DNA of 64,000 bases, from positions 67,871 through 131,870 of the forward strand of contig JAHFOO010000001.1 of assembly GCA_023261645.1 (NCBI GenBank), in the 5' to 3' direction. Below, piece after piece: positions 46,597 through 56,563 of the stretch. A model generated the notes under the pieces. The model was given only the letters and a program-made list of their open reading frames with translations, was not told where the DNA came from and searched no databases. The stretch's first letter is position 1; every line of letters begins with the position of its first letter. The translations under genes were made by a program, and so were the position numbers. The DNA comes from Candidatus Moraniibacteriota bacterium (lineage in GTDB: Bacteria > Patescibacteriota > Minisyncoccia > Moranbacterales > UBA1568).

Positions 46597-48045
46597 ATGA
46601 TACCTTTATCAACATCTTCTTTTTTGTTCAGACTTCTTTTTTGTGGAGTCTCATTTTTTATTTTCATCGGTGTTTTGGGGAGTTCGCCATCTCTGGTATA
46701 TGCAGAGCAGACGCTCCCTCAAGAAGCGTTGGTGGATCTGGTCAAGCCATCGATCGTCCGTATCGTACAGCACGTGAGTGGCACGGCCAAGATCCCCCGT
46801 ATCAAGGTGGATATACAGAGGCGTTTGGTGGCCATACTACCGGATAAATGGAACGAAGTGCCGGTGGACGAGTATCTCGTAGGAAGCGGTTTCATCATCC
46901 ATCCCGATGGCTATATCGCCACCAATTCGCACGTCGTTTCAGAAGAGACGGTGAGAGAAACACTGGCATCCGATAACGCTTTGGCAGGACTGTATGAGAA
47001 TGCGCTCACTCTCAGCGATGCGGATATGCAAAGCTTTCTCAAGACAGAATCAGAAAATAGTTTCAGCAAAAAAGTCCTGCAGTTCGTCATCGATCAGAGC
47101 TTTTTTGATTTGAAGAATGAAGTATCCGTGCTCCGTCCCGATTCTTCGCAGAAGTCGATACCTGATCTCTCGAAGGAGGGTTTTCCTGCCGTGGTAGTTT
47201 CGGTCAATGACAATTTTTCGGAAGATGAGAAAGACGTCGCACTGATAAAGATCGATGAGTCTCGTCTGCCGGCACTGACCCTCGGAGGAGGAACGCTCGC
47301 TGTCGGGAAGAAAGCATTCATCTTCGGTTTTCCGGCAACAGCGGAGGTCAATTCAAACAATTCCCTGGAAGCCACATTCACGCAGGGTGTGGTGAGTTCC
47401 ATCAAACAATCTCTCGACAAGGATTTCAAGCTCTTTCAAACGGATGCCAAAGTATCTGAAGGATCGAGTGGTGGACCTCTCTTCGATGAGAGTGGTGCGG
47501 TCGTCGGAATAGTGACGTTCCAGACCGATGAGATGGATCGATCACAGGGAGACAATTTCGCCTTCGCTTTGCCGATAGGTTTGGTAGAGGAGATGGCCAA
47601 ACAAGCGGGTATTCTCCCTTTTGAAGGAACATACGGGAAGAACTTCAAGCAGGGCTTTCAATATTTCTCTCAGAAACAATGCATCAAAGCAAGTGATACT
47701 TTTCGATCGGCTCTGGACGGGAGCAATCCCATTTTTGTCACGGAAGATATGCTCTACACCTATTTCAAACAGTGTGATGATTTGCAAAAGACGGGGATGG
47801 CACTTGATACACGTCTGGATAAACTGCGAGGGGACATCCGCGCTTTGGGGAAACCACTGCTTTCTTTTATCGGCATCATACTGCTGTTTTTCGTAATTTT
47901 TGGTGTGGCGCTGTACTGGGTACTTGGTCAGGTACGGCGTGAAGAGCGAGAGATTTCCGTTTTGAAGACACGCCTGCATACGAACGAAGATCTTCTGAAA
48001 AAGTATGAAGACAGAGCTGAAGAAAAAGAAAAAAAGATCGACTAA
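46597..48045 (+). CDS. trypsin-like serine protease (S1C/HtrA-like, no PDZ) with C-terminal TM and coiled coil
   Basis: Catalytic-triad motifs GSGFIIHPDGYIATNSHVV, DVALIKI and GSSGGPLFDESGAVVGIV. Signal peptide. Confidence 0.75.
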   Translation: MIPLSTSSFLFRLLFCGVSFFIFIGVLGSSPSLVYAEQTLPQEALVDLVKPSIVRIVQHVSGTAKIPRIKVDIQRRLVAILPDKWNEVPVDEYLVGSGFIIHPDGYIATNSHVVSEETVRETLASDNALAGLYENALTLSDADMQSFLKTESENSFSKKVLQFVIDQSFFDLKNEVSVLRPDSSQKSIPDLSKEGFPAVVVSVNDNFSEDEKDVALIKIDESRLPALTLGGGTLAVGKKAFIFGFPATAEVNSNNSLEATFTQGVVSSIKQSLDKDFKLFQTDAKVSEGSSGGPLFDESGAVVGIVTFQTDEMDRSQGDNFAFALPIGLVEEMAKQAGILPFEGTYGKNFKQGFQYFSQKQCIKASDTFRSALDGSNPIFVTEDMLYTYFKQCDDLQKTGMALDTRLDKLRGDIRALGKPLLSFIGIILLFFVIFGVALYWVLGQVRREEREISVLKTRLHTNEDLLKKYEDRAEEKEKKID

Positions 48046-48063
48046 AAGAAAAACGAATCATTT

Positions 48064-49833
48064 ATGATACGACTTTCCGATATTTTTTGGAGCAGGGAAT
48101 TCCGTCTGCCATTTGTGATTATCATTTGTATTCTTCTTGCAGTGCTTCTGGGAGAAAAGATGGTGTATGGTATAGCGATTCTTTTCGGTATTCTCCAATT
48201 GGTGTTCGAGTCGTATGAGCGGATAAAAAGGAAGCGTTTCAATCTGGACTATCTTGCTTTTCTGGCACTCGGAACCGCTTTGGTACTTGGTGAATTTTTG
48301 GCCGGTGCCGTTGTCGCACTGATGGTTGCTGTCAGTGCGGCACTTGAGAGATATGGTGCCACTCGGGCGGAGAAGACGCTCCGGAGCCTCTTCGAGAATA
48401 TCCCCAAGACAGTGTCACTCATCACTCCATCGGGGACACACGAAGTTTCTCTTCAGGCGATACAAAAAGGAGACATCCTCCTCGTACGACCGAGTGAAAT
48501 GCTCGCATTTGATGGGTATCTGGCGTCCGATCGCGCCCTTCTGAGCGAGGTCAACCTGACGGGAGAGATGGAGCCCGTGGTGTATACGGAAACAGCCATT
48601 CTCAAAAGTGGAGCGGTAAATGTCGGTCAAGTACTCCGGATGCGGGTGCTAGGGGATTTTGAGCATTCGAGTTATCGGAAGATTTTGTCTCTCGTGGAAG
48701 AAGGGAAATCTCATCCTGCTCCGATGATCCGCCTCGCGGAACAGTACAATATCGTTTTTACATTTCTTTCTCTCGCGCTGGCATTCGGAGCCTATCTTTT
48801 CTTCGGTGAGTGGGAACGCTTTCTCGCGGTGTTGGTGATCGCGACACCTTGCCCGCTCTTGATAGCTGCTCCGATAAGTTTCATCGGTGGACTCAACAAG
48901 GCGGCGCGGAAAAATATCATCATCAAAAGTCCGATCGTTCTGGAATTACTCGCCAAAACGAAGATGTTCTTCTTTGACAAGACGGGTACGCTCACACTTG
49001 GTGTCCCGCGTCTGAAAAAAATAGATATACTGGATAAGACATTTTCGAAAGAGGAAGTGTTGTCTATTGCAGCGGCGCTCGAACAGCATTCATTCCATCC
49101 TATCGCGAAAGCCTTTGTGAATGAGCATTCTTCATACGAAGGGGAGCTTTTGGTCGCAGAGAATGTAGAAGAGAAGATAGGAGAAGGAATTTTTGGAACG
49201 ATAGCGGGAAAAGAATATGGCATCGTCCAAACGAAACAAAATACGGGTAGCGGTATCGTCGTCGATCTTGTTTTCTCTACTACACCGATTGCACGGTTTT
49301 CTTTTGATGATGAAATCAAACCAGCGGTAGGAGATGTCTTGGAATATTTGCGTCAGCGTGGCTATACGTTGGGAATCTTGACCGGGGACAAGAAGAAGAA
49401 TGCTGAGCGACTTTTTGGGCATTTCAAATTACCAATTTATGCGGAGTGTCGGCCGGAAAAGAAAACAGAGCTCATACAGCGGTATCAAAGAGAAGGGAAA
49501 CTCGTGGGGATGGTGGGAGATGGAATGAACGATGCTCCAGCACTCGCTCTCGCGGACATCGGTATCGTCTTTTCCGGATCGGAGAATAGTGCTTCTATTG
49601 AGGCCGCAGACGTGGCTATTTTCGGGCATGACGTTTCTCTTATCCGAGATGCGATACACATCGGGCGGAGATCCTACCACGTCGCTCTCCAGAGTATTTT
49701 GATCGGTATCGGACTTTCGACACTTGGTATGTTGTTTGCTTTTTTCGGACTCATATCACCGCTCTATGGTGCCCTCCTCCAAGAAGTTATTGACGTCATC
49801 GTCATCGTGAATGCTCTCCGATCGACGTATTAG
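48064..49833 (+). CDS. P1B-type cation-transporting P-type ATPase (TPCP motif in TM6)
   Basis: TGE (NLTGEMEP), DKTGTLT and GDGMNDAPAL motifs. ATPCPLL in TM6. No N-terminal metal-binding domain. Confidence 0.85.
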   Translation: MIRLSDIFWSREFRLPFVIIICILLAVLLGEKMVYGIAILFGILQLVFESYERIKRKRFNLDYLAFLALGTALVLGEFLAGAVVALMVAVSAALERYGATRAEKTLRSLFENIPKTVSLITPSGTHEVSLQAIQKGDILLVRPSEMLAFDGYLASDRALLSEVNLTGEMEPVVYTETAILKSGAVNVGQVLRMRVLGDFEHSSYRKILSLVEEGKSHPAPMIRLAEQYNIVFTFLSLALAFGAYLFFGEWERFLAVLVIATPCPLLIAAPISFIGGLNKAARKNIIIKSPIVLELLAKTKMFFFDKTGTLTLGVPRLKKIDILDKTFSKEEVLSIAAALEQHSFHPIAKAFVNEHSSYEGELLVAENVEEKIGEGIFGTIAGKEYGIVQTKQNTGSGIVVDLVFSTTPIARFSFDDEIKPAVGDVLEYLRQRGYTLGILTGDKKKNAERLFGHFKLPIYAECRPEKKTELIQRYQREGKLVGMVGDGMNDAPALALADIGIVFSGSENSASIEAADVAIFGHDVSLIRDAIHIGRRSYHVALQSILIGIGLSTLGMLFAFFGLISPLYGALLQEVIDVIVIVNALRSTY

Positions 49834-49927
49834 CGATCAACTTCGCTAGCTTTTGGCTTTTTTAGCTTCGTCAGCTTTCAAGAAACTTGGGTTCATTTTT
49901 AGAACTTTTTTGTATGTGTTGTTTGCA

Positions 49928-51124
49928 TTATTTATAACGGAGGGCTTCGAGAGTATCGATTTTGGAAGCACTGCGGGCAGGGAATATACCAGTCAGCAGT
50001 CCGATGAATGCGCCGAAAAGAATGACAGAGAGGATAAACCACAGCGGGCTGGAGAAAAGATTGACTGCTTCACCTCCGAAACGGCTGGCTATGAGATTGA
50101 TGAGAATGTTGACGATACTTCCTTCCAAATACCCCAGAATGACTCCTCCGAGCGCTCCGAGAAATCCCATCAGAGTGGATTCCATAATGAACATCAGAGA
50201 GATACTGCTCCGTGAGGCGCCGATGGCTTTCATAATGCCGATTTCCTCAGTCCGTTCGAGGAGCGCGATGGTCATCGTATTGAACATACCGATAGCGGAA
50301 ACGATGAGAGCAATCATCCCAAATACCATCAATACTATTTGGATGACTTTGAAGACTGTATTCGCCTGATCGATCGTTTCAGATATCGAAGAAGCGACGA
50401 ACCCTTGTCCTTCGATTTCATCGCGCACCGTGCTCAGGACAGCGGTTGAACTGCATTTTACCTTCAATTTGGTATAACTTTCAACAGAAAGAGTCGTGAG
50501 GGATTGAAGAGAGAGGTAGACAATATTTTCTTCGCCCGTTATGACACCGACGATAGTGTAAGGAGTGTCCGGGGTGTAGGATGATTTTTTGTCAGTTTGA
50601 CCGGACGTATTGTTTTGGAAGAGCGTAAGCGTGACTGTTTTGCCGAGCATCTCTTCAAGAGGGACATTCAATACCTTGGCAACGGCCGAAGTAATGACGA
50701 TACTGTTCGTTTCATTTTGTGTGAAGAATCGGCCAGACTCTATTTTCAAACCTTCGTTTTTGAGGAGAGAGGCGGTGGAACTGACAGTGGTGGTATCGAG
50801 CGTGATATTGTCGACTTTTTCCTGGCCGGCGAGCTCGAGTACCGGGATGACATCGGTGACATTTGGAAGAGCTTTCAGTTTTTCTATGGTTGTGTTATCA
50901 AGTTTTTCGCCATCATCTGTTTTCCCAAGCGTTACATCGAGCGTGACAAGGGCGTCCGAGGTGGTTATCTTCTGGAGCAAGGTGTGCTGTAATCCGTAAC
51001 CGAAAGAAACGAGAAAAATAATCGCAGCAATACCGACACTCATACCGAGAATGGTGAGCAGAGTCCGCATCGTGCGAGCTTTGAACATACGAAGCGACAG
51101 TTTGAGTAGGTCGAAGAAGCGCAT
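49928..51124 (-). CDS. ABC transporter permease, FtsX/MacB-like
   Basis: N-terminal TM, large extracytoplasmic domain, three C-terminal TM helices typical of the FtsX fold. Confidence 0.8.
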   Translation of the reverse strand: MRFFDLLKLSLRMFKARTMRTLLTILGMSVGIAAIIFLVSFGYGLQHTLLQKITTSDALVTLDVTLGKTDDGEKLDNTTIEKLKALPNVTDVIPVLELAGQEKVDNITLDTTTVSSTASLLKNEGLKIESGRFFTQNETNSIVITSAVAKVLNVPLEEMLGKTVTLTLFQNNTSGQTDKKSSYTPDTPYTIVGVITGEENIVYLSLQSLTTLSVESYTKLKVKCSSTAVLSTVRDEIEGQGFVASSISETIDQANTVFKVIQIVLMVFGMIALIVSAIGMFNTMTIALLERTEEIGIMKAIGASRSSISLMFIMESTLMGFLGALGGVILGYLEGSIVNILINLIASRFGGEAVNLFSSPLWFILSVILFGAFIGLLTGIFPARSASKIDTLEALRYK

Positions 51125-51128
51125 AGAT

Positions 51129-52451
51129 TTATGAGTATTTGAGGAGCATAATGATTTCTATTTCACGGGAGACTTTTTCTGCAGTGATCTTGTTCAGTCC
51201 GATACCGCCGGTAATAACACTCTTATCGAGGCGTTTTTGGAGTTCTGTCTGTCCCACCTGACTTTCTACACGAAACTTGATAAGAGCTTGGAAACGGAGT
51301 TTTCGTTCGGGAGAGAGATTGAGACGGAAAAGAGTGATGAGATATTCCGCGATAGAGAGAATCCCTTCCGATTCGTTTTCTTTGAGCTTTTGTACCTGTT
51401 CGAGAATAAGCATCGTGCGTTTCGCGAATGACTGAGTGCGGAGTTTGTTCCATCCGGCACCGCCTTCATCCAAAGAGAGGTCGAGTCGTTCTCCGAATGT
51501 AGCGAGATCGATATTGTTGAAGAGGAGTTCTTTGAGAAAAGATTCGGCCATACTGACTTGTTCATCATTCAATTCGGAAAGGAGATGGGAGAGGAGCTGT
51601 TTGGCCTTGAAAGGGACCAGGAGAATATCGATTTGTTGAGGGAGGAGATTCTTGAAGGATTCCATCAACATCTTGAAATCGAGAGATTCCTGAGACGGCT
51701 TTTCTTCTTCATCAACAACTTCGCCTTCTTTGGCGGCTATCTTGATAGGACGTTTTTCTTTGTGGACTTCTTCTTTGACGATGCGTCCATCTTTCATAAA
51801 GATGACACGATCGGCATACACGAGATGTTCCGGATTGTGCGTGACCAGAATAATCGTTTTTTTGTCGACTTCATTCAGCTCCTTGAGGATTTTGAGTACG
51901 TTTTCAGAACTCTCGCTATCGAGATTGCCGACCGGTTCGTCCGCGAGGATGATGTCTGGATTGTTGATAAGAGAACGGGCGATGGCGACACGTTGTTTCT
52001 GTCCACCGGAGAGTTGGCTCGGGAATTTGTCAGATTGTTCGGCAATGCTGAAACGACGCAAGAGCTGGATGCCAGACTTCTTCCTTTCGCTTGGGTTTTC
52101 TCCACGGAATACTTTTGGGAGGCAGACATTGTCGAGGATATCGAGTGAGGAGATCAGATAAAAAGCCTGAAAAATCATACCAATACCGGTCTGATGGAGT
52201 TCGAGCTCTTCTTTGCGTGTCATCTTGGAAATAGCTTTCCCGCGGATATATACGGTCCCATACGTGGCACGTTGTAGCCCGGAGAGAGAATACAGAAGCG
52301 TCGATTTCCCACAGCCAGATGGTCCGTAAATGATGACGTATTCGTGCGGATAGATGGCCAGATTCGTCTCCTCAAGCGCACGCATTTCATTGGAGGCGCC
52401 TTGATTGTAGATGACGCGTAACTTGTCGACAGAAATGATTGGTTCGTCCAT
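51129..52451 (-). CDS. ABC transporter ATP-binding protein with ~200-aa C-terminal extension
   Basis: Walker A GPSGCGKST. Signature LSGGQKQRVAIARSL. Walker B ILADEP. 4-nt gap to the permease gene. Confidence 0.85.
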   Translation of the reverse strand: MDEPIISVDKLRVIYNQGASNEMRALEETNLAIYPHEYVIIYGPSGCGKSTLLYSLSGLQRATYGTVYIRGKAISKMTRKEELELHQTGIGMIFQAFYLISSLDILDNVCLPKVFRGENPSERKKSGIQLLRRFSIAEQSDKFPSQLSGGQKQRVAIARSLINNPDIILADEPVGNLDSESSENVLKILKELNEVDKKTIILVTHNPEHLVYADRVIFMKDGRIVKEEVHKEKRPIKIAAKEGEVVDEEEKPSQESLDFKMLMESFKNLLPQQIDILLVPFKAKQLLSHLLSELNDEQVSMAESFLKELLFNNIDLATFGERLDLSLDEGGAGWNKLRTQSFAKRTMLILEQVQKLKENESEGILSIAEYLITLFRLNLSPERKLRFQALIKFRVESQVGQTELQKRLDKSVITGGIGLNKITAEKVSREIEIIMLLKYS

Positions 52452-52757
52452 TTTTTTATTTGCTAGGCTCTCTCTATCATAGCATATTTCTTTTTTTTCG
52501 AATAAGTCTCAGTTATTGCCTGAGGAGGAGATCCACGCTAGAATAGGATGGTATAGATATATGCGACAACAGCCTATCATTATTACGCTCGGTATCATCC
52601 AGATCATCCTATTGACCTTGTTCGGACTGTATTTTTATCGTTTGACCCACAATTCCAATCATAGCAAATCATCCGCGGTGATGGAGGGCAGTTCCACTGT
52701 CGAAGCTCAGTAGGGTTGTTTGTGAGAAGAGACGATATCACATTATGTATATGAAAT

Positions 52758-53516
52758 ATGCTCATAACATTGCTCAAATTTCTTGACCCAGTGGTCATAT
52801 TCTGTTTCCAGCTTCATGACGTGGCCAGTGATTTTATCGCGAAGAATTTTTCTCTGATAAAACGTACCTTGCTCGTTGTCGCTTATATCAGTCTCTTCTG
52901 GATACTCTTTCCGGCGATGAGAAGGGATTTCGGTCAGTATGCCGAGACAATGCTTCTGGGTATTCTCTTCCTCAGCCCGCTTTCCAAGATTTTCCGTATA
53001 CGACTGCTTTCTCAACTGATGGGTTTACGAAGGCAATTTGGCATCTTGATGGGATGTTTTGCTCTCGTCCACGGTGTGTCATATTTCGTCGATCCGACGT
53101 CATTCTCTCTTGATATAGCACCATATCTGAATAGGAACTTTTTTTCTATGTACCCGCTTTTTTATTTCGGTATCCTCTCATTGATTCTTGTCCTGCCACT
53201 CCTTCTCACTTCGAATGCCCTCAGTCTGCGTTTCTTGGGCGGGAAGAGATGGAAAGTGCTCCACCGTATCGTCTATGTTCTTCTGCTCACTATGTTGTTG
53301 CACATTTTCTTCATCAAGAGTGGTAGAAGAGGATATGCTGTCACAGAAATGATCCAGCCTCTCCTCATCGTATCCGGATATATCCTGCTCAAGGTCTTGG
53401 CTTGGAAAAATTTCTTGCCATTTTTGCGTGATGCTATCGTCTATGTGGGGGTACGGTATGATCAGTATATCGCTGTGAAGAATGAGAGCACGAGTTCTGA
53501 TGGGCTCTCTTCGTAA
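52758..53516 (+). CDS. hypothetical polytopic membrane protein (paired His residues in TM helices)
   Basis: About 6 TM helices. HGVSYF and HRIVYVLLLTMLLH His pairs suggest a b-type haem-binding ferric-reductase-like fold. Weak evidence. Confidence 0.35.
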   Translation: MLITLLKFLDPVVIFCFQLHDVASDFIAKNFSLIKRTLLVVAYISLFWILFPAMRRDFGQYAETMLLGILFLSPLSKIFRIRLLSQLMGLRRQFGILMGCFALVHGVSYFVDPTSFSLDIAPYLNRNFFSMYPLFYFGILSLILVLPLLLTSNALSLRFLGGKRWKVLHRIVYVLLLTMLLHIFFIKSGRRGYAVTEMIQPLLIVSGYILLKVLAWKNFLPFLRDAIVYVGVRYDQYIAVKNESTSSDGLSS

Positions 53517-53569
53517 TATTTCTTTGCTTCCTTCTCACTTTTCATCCGATAGTACCTTGTTTCTTGTAA

Positions 53570-54526
53570 TTGAATAAAAAAGGAGAATCTGGTACAATGA
53601 ACGGGTTAAATACTAATTCATCTTGTGCAATTCCACTTGGCGGGTGCTCGCTAAATGAGCAGTTTCACAGGGTAAAAAATGCTATGGAAGATGATATTAC
53701 AATTCCCCAGGGAAGAAAGGAAAAGAAGTTTGGTATGGATGCGCTTTTGGTCGCGGGATCCGTGCTCTTGGCAGGGCTCATCATCGCAGGATCGATCGTT
53801 TCAGTGACACAGAAGTTGTCATCTCCAGCTGTCACGGCACCGGTAGCAAAGGATACGACGACAGCCGGTGCAGGAGCACAGCAACCGACTGATCCGACCA
53901 TAACGATGGACCAGGTGAAAGGGTTGTTTGATGGCAAAAATATCACTTTTGGAAAGAAAGATGCCAAGGTGTTGTTTGTCGAATTCAGTGATCCGAGCTG
54001 TCCTTATTGTCATGTTGCAGCCGGACAAAATCCGAATCTGAACAAGCAGGTCGGAACACAGTTCGTACTGGTGAAGGATGGAGGTACATATGTCGCTCCT
54101 GTACCGGAGATGAGAAAGTTGGTAGATGCCGGCAAGGCCGGGTTCGTATGGATCTATACGAATGGACACGGTAACGGTGAAATGGGAACGAAAGCTCTCT
54201 ACTGTGCTTTCGAGAAGAAGAAATTCTGGGAGGTACACGATTTACTGATGAGTGAAGCCGGATATAATCTGTTGAATACTGATGTGAAGAATGACAAGAC
54301 CAAGGCTGGCGTTATAGCAGACTTTCTCAAGAATGTGGTAAGTGCCAGTGATATGAAATCCTGTTTGGAGAGCGGTAAGTATGATAGTCGTATCGCCGAT
54401 GACACGGCAATAGCAACGACTTTTGGCTTGAGTGGCACGCCGAAATTCCTCATCAATACAGAGCAGTTCAAAGGCGCGTACAGTTTCACTGATATGCAAC
54501 CGAGCATCGACAAATATCTCAAATAA
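53570..54526 (+). CDS. DsbA-family thiol:disulfide oxidoreductase (thioredoxin fold)
   Basis: N-terminal TM. FVEFSDPSCPYCH (CxxC active site). Confidence 0.7.
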   Translation: MNKKGESGTMNGLNTNSSCAIPLGGCSLNEQFHRVKNAMEDDITIPQGRKEKKFGMDALLVAGSVLLAGLIIAGSIVSVTQKLSSPAVTAPVAKDTTTAGAGAQQPTDPTITMDQVKGLFDGKNITFGKKDAKVLFVEFSDPSCPYCHVAAGQNPNLNKQVGTQFVLVKDGGTYVAPVPEMRKLVDAGKAGFVWIYTNGHGNGEMGTKALYCAFEKKKFWEVHDLLMSEAGYNLLNTDVKNDKTKAGVIADFLKNVVSASDMKSCLESGKYDSRIADDTAIATTFGLSGTPKFLINTEQFKGAYSFTDMQPSIDKYLK

Positions 54527-54553
54527 TCGAAACGAGTATATATTGTAGGAGAG

Positions 54554-54586
54554 ACTCTGCTCTACGGCAGAGTTTTTCTTTTTTTG
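54554..54586 (+). terminator. intrinsic terminator after the dsbA-like gene
   Basis: ACTCTGC-tctac-GGCAGAGT followed by T-rich run. Confidence 0.7.
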
Positions 54587-54700
54587 GCTTGCCCTATGTA
54601 ATAGTGCAAACAGGGGCATTATATGAGTTATGTTCTAGAAAGAAAAAATGGTAAAATGAAGCAGATAACGTATATCATATATTTAATTTGCACTTGAGAT

Positions 54701-56299
54701 TTGAGCATCTCAAATCTATTACACGGGGTAAATATGGGAATGTTGCAGACATTGAGACAGTGGAGAGATGCACAGGCGCGCACAGAGGGTGTGGAGACTT
54801 TTCGTGTCTTTCCGAATGCTGTCTTGGAGGCACTCGTCGGAGCAATGCCGAAGGATAAAGAAGAAATGATGGCTATCAAGGGCATCAAGGATGCGAAATT
54901 TCGGAAATACGGTACGGCACTCCTCGGGATTATCAAGGAGCAGACACTCTCTGTTTCCTCCTTCCCTTTTCAAGGGGAGGGTAGGGAGGGGTTTAGTGGT
55001 GAATCTCAGACCTCCCCTCAGTCCCCTCCTTTGAAAGGAGGGGAGGAAACTATTATCGATCAGACGCTTTCTGTGAGCCAGTTCCTCGATGGTTTGAATA
55101 CGGAACTTTCCGGTATGGCATCGCGTGTGGAGGGAGAAGTATCGAGTGTGGACGAGCGAGAACGAGTGGTCTATTTTACCATCAAAGATAGCAAAGATGA
55201 GAGCACGCTCAGCTGTCTTATTTTCCGCTATCAGTACGATGTTTCCGGAGTAAAAATCACCATCGGAGACAAAATTATCATTGAAGGTGTACCAGAGATT
55301 TACAAACCGAATGGACGGCTTTCTATGAAAGTCGGAGTAATCGAGCTTGCTGGTGTCGGTGCTCTCCAGAAAGCGTATGAAGCACTACGTCTGAAGTTCG
55401 AACAGGAAGGCTTGTTCTCTCCCGAGAGAAAGCGAGCATTGCCTGAATTCCCGGAGCGTATCGCTCTCATCACTTCGGAACAGGGAGCAGCCATAGGAGA
55501 TTTCACGATGAATCTCGGAGCACAGGGGTTTCGGGTGAAGTTCTATCCGACGAGTGTCGAGGGCAAGAAGGCTGTATTTGAAATTATGAAGGCCATCAAA
55601 TATTTCAATGAACAGCCGGAAAAATATGATGTGCTTGTGATCGTGCGTGGTGGAGGAAGCTTGGAAAGTTTGCAGGCATTCAACAACGAGGCGCTCGTCC
55701 GTGAAGTGGCTGGGTCGTTTATTCCGACACTGCTCGGCGTCGGGCATGAGAAAGACGTGACACTTGCAGCACTCGTCTCGGATATGATGGTATCGACACC
55801 GACAGCCACTGCCAAGGAACTTCGTGTACATTTTGATGAAGCGCGTCAGTCGATACGTCATTTCGAAACACAATTGTCGGCATTGTTCCGAGAGGTGCTT
55901 TCCGATGTCAGAAATGTACTGGGGACAGACAGCGAAATCCTTCTGGCTCATCTGCATAGCTTCCGTGAGTTGGTTGTGACGCTTCGTCAGAATCTGATGG
56001 AGCGATTGTTCCTTGTCCGGTCTGCAATAGAGAGGAAAATAGAATTTTTGAGACAGGGAGAAAGGGTTTTGTACAGCGGATTCGGAGCTATTTTCAATCG
56101 AGCGACGGAAGAAGTTCGTCATAGCGGTGAACGCTTGGAACAATATGACCCGACACGAGTACTCAAACTGGGGTATAGTTTGGTACGGAAAGGCGAACAG
56201 GTAGTAAAGAATGTTTCAGATGTGAAGGTTGGTGATATACTGAACGTACAGCTCAGTCGTGGAAAAGTAAACGCAAAAGTGGAAGAAATATTTGAATAA
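54701..56299 (+). CDS. xseA: exodeoxyribonuclease VII large subunit with N-terminal HRDC-like domain
   Basis: N-terminal LRQWRDAQARTEGVETFRVFPNAVLEALVGAMP…IKGIKDAKFRKYGTALLGII is HRDC-like. Then an OB-fold and the XseA catalytic core. Confidence 0.85.
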   Translation: MSISNLLHGVNMGMLQTLRQWRDAQARTEGVETFRVFPNAVLEALVGAMPKDKEEMMAIKGIKDAKFRKYGTALLGIIKEQTLSVSSFPFQGEGREGFSGESQTSPQSPPLKGGEETIIDQTLSVSQFLDGLNTELSGMASRVEGEVSSVDERERVVYFTIKDSKDESTLSCLIFRYQYDVSGVKITIGDKIIIEGVPEIYKPNGRLSMKVGVIELAGVGALQKAYEALRLKFEQEGLFSPERKRALPEFPERIALITSEQGAAIGDFTMNLGAQGFRVKFYPTSVEGKKAVFEIMKAIKYFNEQPEKYDVLVIVRGGGSLESLQAFNNEALVREVAGSFIPTLLGVGHEKDVTLAALVSDMMVSTPTATAKELRVHFDEARQSIRHFETQLSALFREVLSDVRNVLGTDSEILLAHLHSFRELVVTLRQNLMERLFLVRSAIERKIEFLRQGERVLYSGFGAIFNRATEEVRHSGERLEQYDPTRVLKLGYSLVRKGEQVVKNVSDVKVGDILNVQLSRGKVNAKVEEIFE

Positions 56300-56320
56300 T
56301 TAAAGAACAACATAACCAGT

Positions 56321-56521
56321 ATGGCAAAAGTGAATTTGAGCGATTCTTTGAAGAAGGTGCAGGAGATCATCCGCTGGTTCGATAACCAGGAAGAAGTGGA
56401 TGTTGAAAAGGGATTGGAAAAAATCAAAGAGGGAACGGTTCTCATCAAAGAAAGTCGCACGCGTCTGAAAGAAATCGAGAACGAATTCGAAGTAGTGAAA
56501 AAAGAACTTGAGAAAGAGTAG
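56321..56521 (+). CDS. xseB: exodeoxyribonuclease VII small subunit
   Basis: 66-aa helical protein with XseB-like N-terminus, directly downstream of xseA. Confidence 0.8.
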   Translation: MAKVNLSDSLKKVQEIIRWFDNQEEVDVEKGLEKIKEGTVLIKESRTRLKEIENEFEVVKKELEKE

Positions 56522-56563
56522 AGCGTGGTATAATAGGAGAGCAAAATACATATAAAAATCGAA

